DNA of 64,000 nucleotides from Octopus vulgaris (taxonomy: Eukaryota), in the NCBI GenBank assembly GCA_951406725.2, contig OX597825.1, positions 22,878,001-22,942,000 of the forward strand. Direction: 5' to 3'. The notes under the pieces are model-generated. The model had not been told where the DNA came from. It worked only from the letters and a program-made list of their open reading frames with translations, and made no database searches. The translations under genes and the position numbers were made by a program. Each line of letters opens with the position of its first letter. The stretch's first letter is position 1. Positions 1-12,827 of the stretch are shown here, in pieces.

Positions 1-124
1 GCCGAGGTCGACTTTGTATTTCATCTTTTCGGCGTCGATAAGATAAATGCCAATTGAACACATGGGTTGATGTAATCGACTGATTCCCTCTAAAATTGCT
101 TCCATTGGGGCAAAATTTGAAACC
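1..124 (+). mobile_element. SINE family 2, 3' part (truncated by window edge)
   Basis: gccgaggtcgactttg..tttcatcttttcggcgtcgataa..gatgtaatcgact matches the body of fuller copies at 7579 and 12828. Confidence 0.8.
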
Positions 125-137
125 ATTATTATTATTA

Positions 138-184
<47 letters not shown>

Positions 185-241
185 GTTATCATTATTATTG
201 CTCTTGCTATTATTATTATCATTGTTATTATTATTATTATT

Positions 242-291
<50 letters not shown>

Positions 292-319
292 TATGATTAT
301 TATTATTATTATTATTATT
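125..319. repeat. (TTA)n/(TCA)n compound microsatellite
   Basis: Directly visible; source of the poly-L/poly-S ORF 96..296. Confidence 0.97.
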
Positions 320-660
320 TAACTTCGCTGGACAAGTAGCTTAATGGCATTTCGTCCACCTTTAAGTTCTGAGTTCAAATTCAGCCGAGGTCGACTTTGC
401 CTTTGGGTGGGGGGATAAAATAAGTACCACACTATCACTGTGGTGGATGTACTCGACTAAAACAAAATTGCTGGCATTGTGCCAAATTTTGAAATCATCA
501 TCATCTTCATCATCATTGTTCAAATATCGCAAAGGTCGCTTTTACCTTTCATCTTTTCGGGGTCGATAAAATAAGTACCAGTTGCCTACTGTGGTCGATG
601 TAATCACCTATCCTCCTTCCCCAAAATAGCAGGCTTTATGCCTATGGGAGGAAGTATTAT
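320..660 (+). mobile_element. Two diverged SINE family 2 fragments in tandem
   Basis: ctgagttcaaattcagccgaggtcgactttgcc (B box + body) at ~369-402 and cctttcatcttttcggggtcgataaaataagtaccagtt at ~546-584. Confidence 0.75.
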
Positions 661-1734
661 TATTTTTGGTATCGATATCTTGCTTCGACCCTTCGGTCAT
701 TGCTACACGTCACGTAATTTAGACATCCTAACAAAGAACAATACTTCCAATCTAAAATAAACCATAAATATTCTGAAAATTTCATGAAGTTTTTAAATAC
801 CGATTTTAATTTTTCGATCGAATTTTTTCCTTTCAATTAATATTGATTCTGTTTCGTAGCGTTGCTGTTTATTTTGTAATTTAGTGATATAATTTTCAAT
901 AGATTATTATTTTTAAGATTGATTAAAAAATGGGTTTTACAATGAGTCGAAATCCAGTTTGATTTGATTATATGGAATTCTGAAAGAAAAAAATGTATAA
1001 TAAATAAATAAATAATTTTTTTTCCAAGCAGGACTTCTTTCTTTTGTTCTTTACCAAATCTTTGAATGTTTCTGAAATATTATTTCACTTTTGAGTAGAA
1101 AACGCAGCACAAATTTTCTAAAAGAAAAAAAATAATAATAACAGAAGATTAAAATGATGATTCCTCTTCCAAGTTGCTATTCTTTTGGCACATTAATAAT
1201 GAGAATTTCTATATTTATAAGCAGTTAATTAAGAAAAAAAATCGACAATAAAATTAACTCATTCATCTGCACTTAATAGTGTTAATTGAAAGAAAAATAT
1301 ATCTCATTTCATTTGAAACACTTCTTCCGCACGTACGATGACTCCTCAAGAAATAATAAATTTGTAGACGTTTATAACTTTTTTTTAATATTACATTAAA
1401 TATGGAAACTGAAATATCCAGTTATTTTAACAATTACTGCCAACGACAAAAACGTGATATTGACACGGTTCGTCTTGGTAATTGAGAATAAAATGATTTC
1501 AGTTATATCGAAGAAGGTTACTATCGGCCAAATATACCTGGTTGGTACCCGGATACGCTCTTTTATTCCATTTAGTGTTGTGCTGTACATAAAATAATAA
1601 ATTATAGCTCTACTATTTAATGCTTGTGGACCAGATGCATGATCAAACTAGTTCACGCTGTTATCATCCAATTTACTTGTGTTTTTTCGTAATTATGTAA
1701 AGATTGTTACATTATCTTTATATGTAGTTTTATT

Positions 1735-2365
1735 GTGTTGTCTGGAAAATTCGTGCCGATTTTTAAAGGAAAGAGAAAGGTCAATAAATACTTGGAAGAT
1801 GTGACCCACTTACTAAGTGGATGTGAGAGCCTTGCACAAAAAGAATACAAGCGCGCCACGACAATGAGTGTGCATCTTCATTGGCTCAATATGAAGTAAC
1901 AGAAAACTGGTATGATCTCGTACCAAGTAAAGTTATGCAGGAGGATGGAAAAATAACGATGCTCTAGGACTATGATTGTCATACGGATCCTGTAATCGAA
2001 CACTGTCGGCCAGATATTGTATTATTAAGTAAGAGAGACAAATCATGTCAGATCATTAATGTAGCCATACCAAATGACGTGAATGTTGTGAGTAATGAGG
2101 TACTCCGAATTAAAAGTGGAAATGGGAATACTGTATGGAATGCAAGAGGATAATGTAAAAGTGATACCAGTGGTATTCGGAGCGTTGGGCTTAATCCCAT
2201 TAAACGATCAAGACTTCTTAAAGCAACTGGAAATTCCGTGCAAGATTGATGTCCTGCAAGAAGCAGTCTTACTGGGCACAGTGCACATCTGAAGGAAATG
2301 ATTATCCGTCTGAGGTCCTTGTTGTGACTTGACAGATTGCTAAAGACTCCGGTGCATCTTTAAAA
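1735..2365 (+). pseudogene. 3' remnant of an RLE-type non-LTR retrotransposon (R4/Dong-like): zinc-knuckle region + restriction-like endonuclease
   Basis: Frameshifted translation gives E-D-VTHLLSGCESLAQKEYKR, (W)DY..TDPVIEHCRPDIVL, INVAIPND, KVIPVVFGALG, LQEAVLLGTVHI; the HxxxxC / RPD / VIPVVxGALG motifs are diagnostic of RLE LINEs. Confidence 0.85.
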
Positions 2366-2371
2366 TTGTTA

Positions 2372-2433
<62 letters not shown>
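2366..2433. repeat. (TTA)n, tail/target of the adjacent minus-strand LINE 3' end
   Basis: Directly visible. Confidence 0.95.
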
Positions 2434-2436
<3 letters not shown>

Positions 2437-2540
2437 CAGTAGTTTTATTTTTATAGCGCGCTTTCACTTCATTACCGAGCGCAGCTCTGTGTGCCTTGGG
2501 TATGTGCTGTGGTTTGCTGTGATGCTCTTATGGTAACATG
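2434..2540 (-). mobile_element. 3' UTR of R4/Dong-like LINE family A
   Basis: Reverse complement of the 3' ends at 56930-57022 and 57985-58082 (gagctgcgctcggtagtgaagtgaaagcacgctataaaaataaaactactg + TAA tail). Confidence 0.85.
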
Positions 2541-2876
2541 GAAACGAACTTTTTTTTCAAACAACGAAAAAAACCATATGTACAAGACATACAACACAAG
2601 GAATATTTCCCTTCTTCAGTTGTCCCTGTTTCGTCTGCTCCGCTTTTCGAAGGTAAGGACAAGACGCGACTTCATTGAAACAGTCTTTCTCGCAAAGCAA
2701 ATTAAATAAAATTTGGGAGTTTTTGCGGAGTGGTAACAATGGTAACAAGAACAGGACAGTAAGAACAAAACAAGACAGTAGAAACAGTAAAAGACAGAAC
2801 AAAGAGAATAACAGAATAACAACAAACAATGAGGGCACTTAAGCCAAGACGATGGAAAAATTATTCTGAATGCTTG
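2536..2876 (-). repeat. Left arm of ~340-bp dispersed inverted repeat (partner 3634-3972)
   Basis: Reverse-complement match, e.g. ttgtccttaccttcgaaaagcggag..gaaacagggacaactgaagaaggg. Confidence 0.9.
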
Positions 2877-3222
2877 AGACCGCTTATGAGAGAGACAGGA
2901 AGAGCGAGCTGATCTTGGTGAAGATAGCAGTTGGAAAGATGGCTTCCCTCTGATCACGTGTCTGTGACGAGAGAGTAGATGAGGAGGAGGTGTAAGAGAG
3001 AGGGAACGGTGAAGGGGAGTGGAGAAGAATAGGGAGGGTAGGAGAGAAAACCAGACAGGACGAATAACAAGAAAGCGAGAGAGATAAACAGAAGAGAAAT
3101 AGTAAGGTGAAGAGTGCGCATAATAATTATTGAGATAAAACTTACTTGGAAAATGATGCGTGGCGTTCGATCATATAATAATATAAATAATATATAAATA
3201 TATGCATATATACATATATATA

Positions 3223-3610
3223 TCTCTCTCTATATAAACGGCAGTTTGTCTGTGCGTTTTCTGTGGGTCTGTTTTCTCGTACCCTCACTCTGACCACGGC
3301 TTTCAACCGATTCTGATGAAACTTGACACACACATAGCCCAATGTCATAATTCAAAACTAACGCAGCGAAAATTTTGAAAAGTTCCCCCAGTTCTGAAAA
3401 AAATCGATAAATTCGACATGGGGTCGAGAATCAGAAACCCAAACCACAGACCGTCTAGGGGACGCAACTCCACCTTTTTTAACTCTCAAAAAAAAAAATT
3501 TACCATCATTTTTTTTTCCATTTTTTTGCTATTTTTTGGCTATAACTCTCTAAAAATGCTTTATAGTTATTTCCCTTACAAACCTGAGCAACGCCGGGCG
3601 ATACTGCTAG
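3223..3610 (+). mobile_element. Non-autonomous Helitron
   Basis: 5' TC (tctctctctatataaac), internal ccgattctgatgaaacttg, 3' GC-rich hairpin cctgagcaacgccggg followed by CTAG; inserted between A and T with no TSD. Confidence 0.8.
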
Positions 3611-3633
3611 TATATATATATATGTACATACCT

Positions 3634-4045
3634 AGCGTTCAGAATAATTTTTCCATCGTCTTGGCTTAAGTACCCTGATCGTTTGTTTTACCGTGTTATT
3701 CTCTTTGTTCTGTCTTTTACTGTTTCTACTATCTTGTTTTGTTCCTATTGTACTGTTCTTGTTACCATTTTTACGCCTCCACAAAAAATCCCAAATATTA
3801 TTTAATTTGCTGTGAGGGAAGGACTGTTTCAACGAAGTCGCGCCTTGTCCTTACCTTCGAAAAGCGGAGTATTCGAAACAGGGACAACTGAAGAAGGGGA
3901 ATATTCCTTGTGTTGTATGTCTTTTACATCTGTTTTTTTTCGCTGTTTGAAAAAAAAGTTCGTTTCCATGTTTTTGTTTTTGTGTTTTCGTTTCTCATTG
4001 TGTTCAACGTTTTTTTTGCTTTACGTCCTGTACCCATATATGCAT
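3634..4045 (+). repeat. Right arm of inverted repeat plus terminal segment ending acgtcctgtacccatatatgca
   Basis: Inverted copy of 2536-2876; related termini at ~53735-53755 and ~54480-54505. Confidence 0.85.
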
Positions 4046-4124
4046 GTATATATATACATATAGATGTAGGTATGTACATATATGTATGTATATATGCACA
4101 TATTTATATATTATTTATATTATG

Positions 4125-4386
<262 letters not shown>

Positions 4387-5496
4387 TGTATGTCTGTTTT
4401 TGTCACAAAGCTCTGCTGCCTGGCAACTAGTATTATTTAGGTTTTGTCGCTGTAACTTAGTGTAGTCGATTTATTCGACTAAAATTCTTTCAAGATGATG
4501 TTCCAGCATGGCCACAGACCAATGACTGAAACGGGTAAAAGAAAATAAAGGCAAAAGATACCCTATAAGTTGTCCTCTCCAAGCTGTCAAATTGATCATA
4601 TATTTACATTTTTTCTTTATTTTTAACTGATTCATATCTCAATGTTGGTGGTATTAATGGAAGAAGAAAAAATATTTATTGTCATTGAAACACATTAAAA
4701 AGAGCCATAATGAGCATCCTGTCCTTCGACCCGTGAACTATTATTGAATATGCAGTCAAAAGAATATCGATCACATGTTTTAAAAAGTTAATTTCTTTAA
4801 CTACTTTAAATACTTTTTTTCCCACAGCAATGAGCCATTATTCTTTGTTATATAATTTTAAAGTTTGCACAATTCGTGAATAGAATCCAACAATTCCTTT
4901 CACTTGAACCAATCTGTTTTATAACTTACTATGCAGGGGAAAACAACGAGAGGGTTTCTATTTGGTCGCCTGAGATGCTAGAAACAACAGGTGACTATTC
5001 CTCAAATTTCACTCTTTTGCTTATTTTGTAAATCGTCATACTGGATGTGAGTATTAGTCAAGGTAATCTGTCGCGAAAAGTCGGGTCTATCATGGATGGA
5101 ATGCCTTTTACTATAAATATCATTAATCAAGATTGATGGTTAACAACAAAAATAGAAATACGTTTGAACATATAACAGAGAACAACTTAGAATGACAGAG
5201 AAGCAATGAGCAACTAGAGAGCCCATCGCAAGATTAGGCGACGGAGATGCTATTTCATATCACGTGTTCCCAGAATTCTTTCGAAAGGCATTATAGGGTC
5301 CATGTCCCATTTGCGTTTTATCTAAACTCTATTTCCAGTCGGCAGAATGCAGCTTTGGCAGAAAGGATCGATTTCAAGAGAAATGGTTGCCTGTAAGCAT
5401 AATGAATAAGAAAATAGTTATTTTATACCTACATAAATCCATTCTTGGTGTAAATTCTGAAAAATGAACACTGCAAGGAGTTGGAACAACATTTTC

Positions 5497-5963
5497 TAGG
5501 CACAGGAGTAGCTGTGTGGTAATTAGGCGCAGTAGTGGTTGTGTGGTAATTAGGCGCAGTAGTGGTTGTGTGGTAAGTAGCTTGCTTACCAACCACATGG
5601 TTCCGGGTTCAGTCCCACTGCGTGGCACCTTGGGCAAGTGTCTTCTACTATAGCCTCGGGCCGACCAAAGCCTTATGAGTGAATTTGGTAGACGGAAACT
5701 AAAAGAAGCCCGTCGTATATATGTATATGTATATATATATATGTGTGTGTGTGTGTGTTTGTGCGTCCGTGTTTGTCCCCCCCCCAGCATCACTTGACAA
5801 CCGATGCTGGTGTGTTTACGTCCCCGTAACTTAGCAGTTCGGCAAAAGTGACCGATAGAATAAGTGCTCGGCTTACAAAGAATAACTCCTAAGTTCGATT
5901 TCCTCGACTAAAGGCTGTGCTCCAGCATGGCCGCAGTCAAATGACTGAATCAAGTAAGAGAGT
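5497..5963 (+). mobile_element. SINE family 1 (tRNA head, CORE-like segment, internal TA/TG tract), full length with triplicated 27-bp 5' end
   Basis: A box tggttgtgtgg, B box ggttcagtccc, accttgggcaagt, tail aatgactgaatcaagtaagagag; more than ten copies in window. Confidence 0.9.
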
Positions 5964-7137
5964 ATATGAAATATTTTGAGGCCTTCAGTCAGCTGTTATT
6001 TGTCACATATATTGAATTGAACAGATATTGCTGTTTTCGTTTTAACATATTTTCACTATTTCCTTCTTGTGTATATTTTACTCGTCAGAGGCCTTTTAAG
6101 TCCAGCTCTGTTCACCAAGAGAAAAGCTGGTTTCCGTCTCCAGCAGAAAACTTTGCAGTTCTCTGAGCTACTTTTTGTTGCCTGAGCGATAAAGCTGGGA
6201 CAACTTTTTTCTGTTTAAAAACTCTCGGCAACAGAAGTGAATAGAACAATATAAACGACAACTTTGACTTTCGGTAATGAAATATTACTGTATAACTTTC
6301 TCATATTCGGTGAATTGAAAACTCTGCTATGCAGTTTAAATTTAATGAAATTTAATTTTATGTCATAATCTTGATAGCAACTAATATTATTGATACCATC
6401 TATGAATATTATGTCAATCCCACTAAAATAATTACTATTGAAAGGCATGCTTCTCATACTATGAGAATCGTAACTTCAAAGTATTACGTTACCATCCATA
6501 TCACCTCTCCTGTATTTCAACAATAAAATTCAAATTGTAAAGGGATGTAACTCTTCAAACTCAACGAAGCTCATTAAAAAGTAATGAAAATATCTAATTA
6601 CAGAAATTTTCGTGTACAGAAACATCTATTAAGGAATAATTAGCCTTAATTACCGTTGCCTAAGTAATCTTATTTCCAACAATTAGGCTAATTAAGACCA
6701 GAGTAATATATCGAGTATCAGAAACTAATTGAAACATGTTTTGCGAGATGGAAATCAAGATTTACAAACGAGAATAAAGCTAAAATTTTGGTTGGCCTAA
6801 AGTGATATAAATGAGAAACAGATACACGAAATATTTTGAACACACTCGCCCTTATTCAATCAAATGCCATGCCAACGACATTTTAAATTTGAAACTGTTG
6901 AACTTCATAGATATTTCTTAGAAAAACAAAGTTCTTTCATAAATTTAAGATCAATGAAAAGGCTCAACAAAATATGCGTGCATAAAAAAAATTGAAGCGA
7001 ACTGTAAAATGGTGACTCATCAACCATTTGCTGGATAAACACGCGCACACACAAACACACACGCAAATATACACACACACACGCACACAAATATAAATGA
7101 ATGTATGCGTATTCCTATATGTATGTTTACATAGCGA

Positions 7138-7362
7138 TAGTGGTTTTGATTCCCAGATCAGCAGTGCGTGATCGTTGTGTACTTGAGCAAATATTCATTT
7201 CATCTGCGAGGGACTGGCCTTCTATTCAAAGAGAATGTTAACCTGCTTGCCTAGCCAACAGAGTGACATCATTTGAAAGCTAGAACATCATTTGAAAGTA
7301 AGTGCATTTTGATCAGCGGTGTATAACATCATCTAATACTTTGATCGATATAGTGGTACAGT
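7138..7362 (+). mobile_element. Diverged chimeric SINE (family 4-type middle, family 3-type tail)
   Basis: gttgtgtacttgagcaa and ctgcgagggactggcc as in family 4; cctgcttgcctagcca..catcatttgaaagct as in the family 3 tail. Confidence 0.6.
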
Positions 7363-7578
7363 GATATATGTGTGATTGTGTGCGTGCGTGTGTACATATG
7401 TATTAAATATTACAATAGAGTCCCCACTGATTGTCTTTAGCGAGGAGTTTATTATGTAGCGTTGAGGCAACATTTTTGGCGCTATGTAATCTTTATTTTA
7501 CTGGGGATCCTTGTCGGATTTGTTATGTCGTGAATAACCTTGTTAGTTCTACTCTAAAATAACAATACCATAGCATCA

Positions 7579-7930
7579 GGCGGCGAGTTGGCAGAAACGT
7601 TAGCAGGTCGGACGAAATGCTTAGCGATATTTCGTCTCTATTTACGTTCTGAGTTCAAATTCCGCCGAGGTCGACTTTGCCGTTCATCCTTTCGGGGTCG
7701 ATAAATTAAGTACCAATTACGCACTGGGATCGATGTAATCGACTTAATAGGCTAAATTACATCATACTAAATTCAAATTCCGCCGAGGTCGACTTTGCCG
7801 TTCATCCTTTCGGGGTCGATAAATTAAGTACCAATTACGCACTGGAGTCGATGTAATCGACTTAATCCCTTTGTCTGTCCTTGTGTATCCCTTCTATGTT
7901 TAGCCCCACTGTGGGCAATAAAGAAATATA
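7579..7930 (+). mobile_element. SINE family 2 (tRNA-like head, Deu/Nin-like central domain) with internal duplication
   Basis: ggcggcgagttggcagaaacgttag..gagttcaaattccgccgaggtcgactttgccgttcatcctttcggggtcgataaattaagtacc; flanks aataccatagcat / aataccagagcat look like a TSD. Confidence 0.9.
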
Positions 7931-8790
7931 GAAATAAATACCAGAGCATGAGAGTCAAGGCTAAATTACATCATACTAAATTACATACCTACCGGTATTA
8001 GAGTGAGGGCTACATTACATCCAACTGTTTTCTGTAGGGAGAGTGACATGTGGATATGCAAGTGTGGAAAGCAAAGAATACTGAAACCTAGAGACTCAAT
8101 AGTAATAATGATTGGAACGTGCTATATGGGAAAAACGAAGCAATATGATATTATGGCATAGTTTAAAAGGAAATTCGTTGAAAAGGCGCCCCGGAAAAAC
8201 AACACAGATAGAAAAAGCTCAAAATAGGAAGGACATATGAGATTGTGAGACGGATTTATGGTTGTGTGCGGTACTTTCAGTAGTTGTGGTATGTTCAGGG
8301 CTAATTACCCCATATATTCCACTACGCTGACGGTAGATTTGAGAACAGTAGTACTGCAAATTGCGAACTATATAGGGGAGCAATAAATCCTCCTTCGTCG
8401 AGTAAATGGCCAAAGGTGAAACCGAAAAATAGATATTCGGTGACCATTCAAAAAAAATGTTTTCGCAGGCGTTGGGTTGGTTACACTTAAAGTTAGTCTG
8501 GTGTGGTGGCTGCATGGATAATGAAGAAAAAAATATATGTAGTGTTGGGGAAATTTTTCTATCACCGTTGAAATTTGGCTTACACAAAGAAATGGAATTG
8601 TTAAAGATTATAGAAATCCTTTTGAGGTAGAGGTGACCGGTGATGAAGGGATCACAAGACGGATTCTTCAAGCCGAGACAACAGGCGGAACACCGATGGA
8701 TAGGCAAAACACAAGACGATGGCATAATTCCTAGAGTCTCATTTGGTCATTGTGGGATATCCAACCGGAAACATTTAGTGGCACTCTCTC

Positions 8791-8819
<29 letters not shown>

Positions 8820-8824
<5 letters not shown>

Positions 8825-9121
8825 CGTGACCGACCAGGACATCAGATGTTGTTACATATCGCTGGTCACAATGCGCTTCGCATTTTTTAGCCTTCAAATG
8901 ACGCCACCCTGCTGGCTAAGTGAGCAGGCCAACAGAAGAAAGAGTGAGAGAAAGTTGTGGCGAAAGAGTACAGCAGGGATCGCCACCACCCCCTGTCGGA
9001 GTGTCGTGGAGCTTTAGGTGTTTTCGTTCAATAAACACTCACAACGCCCGGTCTGGGAATCGAAACCGTGATCCTACGACCGCGAGTCCGCTGCCCTAAC
9101 CACTAGGCCATTGCGCCTCCA
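8820..9121 (-). mobile_element. SINE family 3 (tRNA-derived head), full length, within (TA)n
   Basis: Reverse complement of 10695-10998; A box tggcctagtgg, B box ggtttcgattcc. Confidence 0.9.
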
Positions 9122-9232
9122 CATATATATATATATACATAAGAATTTTTTGCGTAAAGAGATAAAAAACCAAGGCTGTATAGATATTAGAGCATATATA
9201 TGTATGTATGTATGTATTTTATATATTATTAT

Positions 9233-9296
<64 letters not shown>

Positions 9297-10196
9297 ATGT
9301 ATATGCTTGCCTGCACATGTAAGTAAATAATATATTCATATTATGTGTGTGTCTATATATATATATGCTTGCATGAACATGTAAGTAAATAATATATTCA
9401 TATTATGGGCGTGTCTATATATATATATATATATATATAGTACGCGCAAAGCGCACACACACACACACAAACACACACACTCACACACACACACGTGCAT
9501 AAATTTTATTGTTTCAGTGGTTCCGCATGCCATAATTCAAACTATGAAGCTAATCTATGGATATACAAAATAAGTTTTTGCCATAACTTTATATCATACA
9601 CAAAAATATACATTCATTCGTCCACATATAAATTTGCTTCAATTTATTTATGCATAAATATTTATTAGGTTTCGTACAATAATATATTAATCATATTTAG
9701 ACAAAATTTTTGTTAAAAAAAATAAAAAAGGAAAATTGACTATAAAATTCAGACTGCAACATCATATCGATATTTTAATAAATAATTTTACTTAACCCAT
9801 TAATGTATTGAAACATGGTTGAGATATGATTGTAAGAAACTAAAATGAAACATAAAATTAATAACAAAACTGAAAAGCGTTCAAAACGTGAATATTTGAA
9901 TATGTAATTAATTTCAACAGAAAATATTCAATACCGTTAACATTTGTAAGAAGATAATTCAAATATGAGCAGGATAACTATATGTTTAACAAGTGAAGTA
10001 TATAATTCAACAGTATATTTATGAGGTGGTGCTAATATTCTTCCGACATTTATTGTATATTGCTGACAAAATATTTGCCCTATTAATATTTGTTATACGA
10101 TTGGGATAACACAATTTATTCAGTTTTTGAATTGCATGTAAGTTGGCTTGAGACAGTTGCAGAAATTATTCCTGAAGCAGGTAGATTAATGGGCAT

Positions 10197-10263
<67 letters not shown>

Positions 10264-10290
10264 ATGTGTGTGTATATATGTGTTCGAGTG

Positions 10291-10645
10291 TGGAGGTGCG
10301 TGGCTTAGTGATTAGGGTGTCAGCATCATGATCGTAAGATTGTAGTTTCGATTCCTGGACCGGGCGACGCGTTGTGTTCTTGAACAAAACACTTCATTTC
10401 ACGTTGCTCCAATCCACTCAGCTGGCAAAAATGAGTAACGCTGCGATGGACTGGCGTCCCATCCAGCTGGGGAACACATACGCCAGGGAAACCGGGAAAC
10501 CGGGCCCATGAGCGTGGCTAGGCTTTAAAAGGGCGCATTCATTTATGCGATGGACTGGCGTCCCGTCCAGCTCGTGGGGAACACATAGGCCACAGAAACC
10601 GGGAAACCGGGCCCATGAGCCTGGCTAGGCTTTAAAAGGGCGACG
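10291..10645 (+). mobile_element. SINE family 4 (tRNA head, CORE-like and V-domain-like segments) with duplicated 3' half
   Basis: A box tggcttagtga, B box gtttcgattcc, gttgtgttcttgaacaaaacac, gcgatggactggcgtccc(a/g)tccag present twice (~10444 and ~10548). Confidence 0.88.
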
Positions 10646-10654
10646 TTTATCTTT

Positions 10655-10685
<31 letters not shown>

Positions 10686-10694
10686 ATGTGTGTG

Positions 10695-10998
10695 TGGAGG
10701 CGCAATGGCCCAGTGGTTAGGGCAGCAGACTCGCGGTCGGAGGATCGCGGTTTCGATTCCCAGACCGGGTGTTGTGTGTGTTTATTGAGCGAAAACACCT
10801 AAAAGCTCCACGAGGCTCCGGCAGGGGGTGGTGATCCCTGCTGTACTCATTCAGCACTGTTTCTCACTCTTTCTTCTGTTGGCCTGCACGCTTAGCCAGC
10901 GGAGTGGCGTCGTTCGAAGGCTAAAACAATGCGAACGCATTGTGACCAGCGATGTGTAGCAACATTTCATGGTCTGGTCGGTCACGTGATCACGTGAT
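10695..10998 (+). mobile_element. SINE family 3, full length
   Basis: ggaggcgcaatggcccagtggttagggcagc..ggtttcgattcccagaccggg..ggtcacgtgat. Confidence 0.9.
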
Positions 10999-11269
10999 AT
11001 ATATATATACACGTATACGTTGTATCACGCACACACTCACGCACACTCACAAAAATACATACATACATACATACATACATACATACATACATACATACAT
11101 ACATACATACATACATACATGCATGCATACAGTCTTTCGAGTTCGAGAAATACGGATCCGCAATTTCTTTCTGTACAACCTACACAGATGGTTTGTTTAT
11201 AGGGTTCAAATGCTTCTGTTGCTCATTAGTTCAATCCTTCCCTCAAATTAACATTGCCCCTAAAGATGC

Positions 11270-11470
11270 GCCTAGTGCCAATTGTCAGAGTGATCGCAGA
11301 GGAACATGAACGTCTCTTGCCGATGATCACAACGCACTGCCCTCGACCGGGAAAGGATGAAAGGTGAAGTTGACCTCAGCGGATTTTGAACTTGAATTTG
11401 TACATACAGACAGACCAAATGCCACTAAGTATTTTGCCCGTTGTACTAACGTTTCTGCCAGTTCGCTACC
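11270..11470 (-). mobile_element. Diverged SINE family 2 relative
   Basis: gaaaggatgaaaggtgaagttgacctcagcggattttgaac..aaatgccactaagtattttgccc. Confidence 0.65.
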
Positions 11471-12259
11471 CTGCACGCACGCACACATATATAGTACATG
11501 TGAATGTCGGTCTTTGTGTCTGTCTATGTGTCTGTCTATCTATCCATATATATCTGACGTCATTTGGGATATACTGCATTTTTACAGTTGTGCAGACCGG
11601 CTTCTTGTCAGAAAGGTTATTACGCAAAAAAACAACAACATCTAATTGCTAGTGAAAGGGTGCGAACCAAACCACAGGCACTCTTCACTTTCAACTGCAC
11701 AAATCTCATAACTAAGCCTGATAATAAAAGATCACAATAAATCGTTAAACAACCGACAAGCATAAATTGTTCCCTGGTGAGCTCTATCACTACTGGTATA
11801 TATTTATGTCTAGGTGTAATTCCATAATAAGGAATAATAGATGTGCAGTTGTTAAGTACTTCGCTATATATGAACGAAAGTTTCTTTAGAATGCTCTAGC
11901 GAACCATCGACGATTTTTCTGTTTGTTAATTAAACTAGATCCAAGCTACATATTTCTATTTGCACACAAGCTATAAAAGCTAAATGTATTCTTTGTTAAG
12001 ATATATAATATCTACGCAACACGTTTTATATCTTTTTTTCTAGATACGTTAACATAAGATAAAATGGAGAAAAGATAAGATTGAAAGATTTTTTTTTTGC
12101 CTTTCTTTCCGTAACGAAGAGATATAATTTATACTGTAATCATGTAATAAATTATATAATGTTATCTTCTTTGGAAAATATTTCAGTCGATCTATATCTG
12201 TTTGCGTTATGAAAAGGCGCCATTGCATGATTAGATCAAGAATGTCAAGAGGCTCTTTT

Positions 12260-12327
12260 GGCTGTTGTTGTTGTTGGCGTTGGTGGCGGTGGTGGTGGTG
12301 GTGGTGGTGTGGGCGTCGTTGGTAGTT

Positions 12328-12376
<49 letters not shown>
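12260..12376. repeat. Compound (TGT)/(TGG)/(TAG)n microsatellite
   Basis: Directly visible; source of the poly-Y/H/Q ORF 12049..12525. Confidence 0.95.
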
Positions 12377-12827
12377 AGCTGATTACTAACTATAATCAGA
12401 TCTGTCGCAGCAGACCTAAGGGAAACAAGAAAGCAATCGTTTGATTGAATCAGCATCTTTAGCTCTGAAGATGGAGGGAAAATCAGTGGAATGCCAGTGT
12501 AAATAACCGTGTGTAGTGAGATCAAACCTGGCTGTTGGAGTACTTCACATTTCCCTTTTCACGTGTCAATAAAATAATTAAGCATCAAGTGAGTGACATA
12601 GCTTGCAGTAATAGGGCATTATATGGTACCGAATTGGGAATCTGTTTCTCGTTTTAGACCTCATAATTACATTATTTTGATGACATTAAGATGGGAAATA
12701 TAAAACAGAGACTATCGAATAGCTTTTGAGGTATTTATCTTTAAATTCATACCCCTTGCGGTCGAATCGCATTGAAGATAATTTCGCTTATCATTTCTCT
12801 GTGGCCAATAAGGATATAGCATAATAA

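Noticed and set aside
3308-3325. CTGATGAAAC as a hammerhead core
   Set aside because: No stem II between CTGATGA and GAAA; it is the internal Helitron motif
3870-3915. GAAAC..CTGAAGA (and gaaaactgatga at ~54370) as permuted hammerheads
   Set aside because: Too little sequence between the motifs to form stems III and I with an NUH site
6040-6215. Possible minus-strand exon or hAT transposase scrap
   Set aside because: No donor and no convincing motif; all frames stop within about 50 codons
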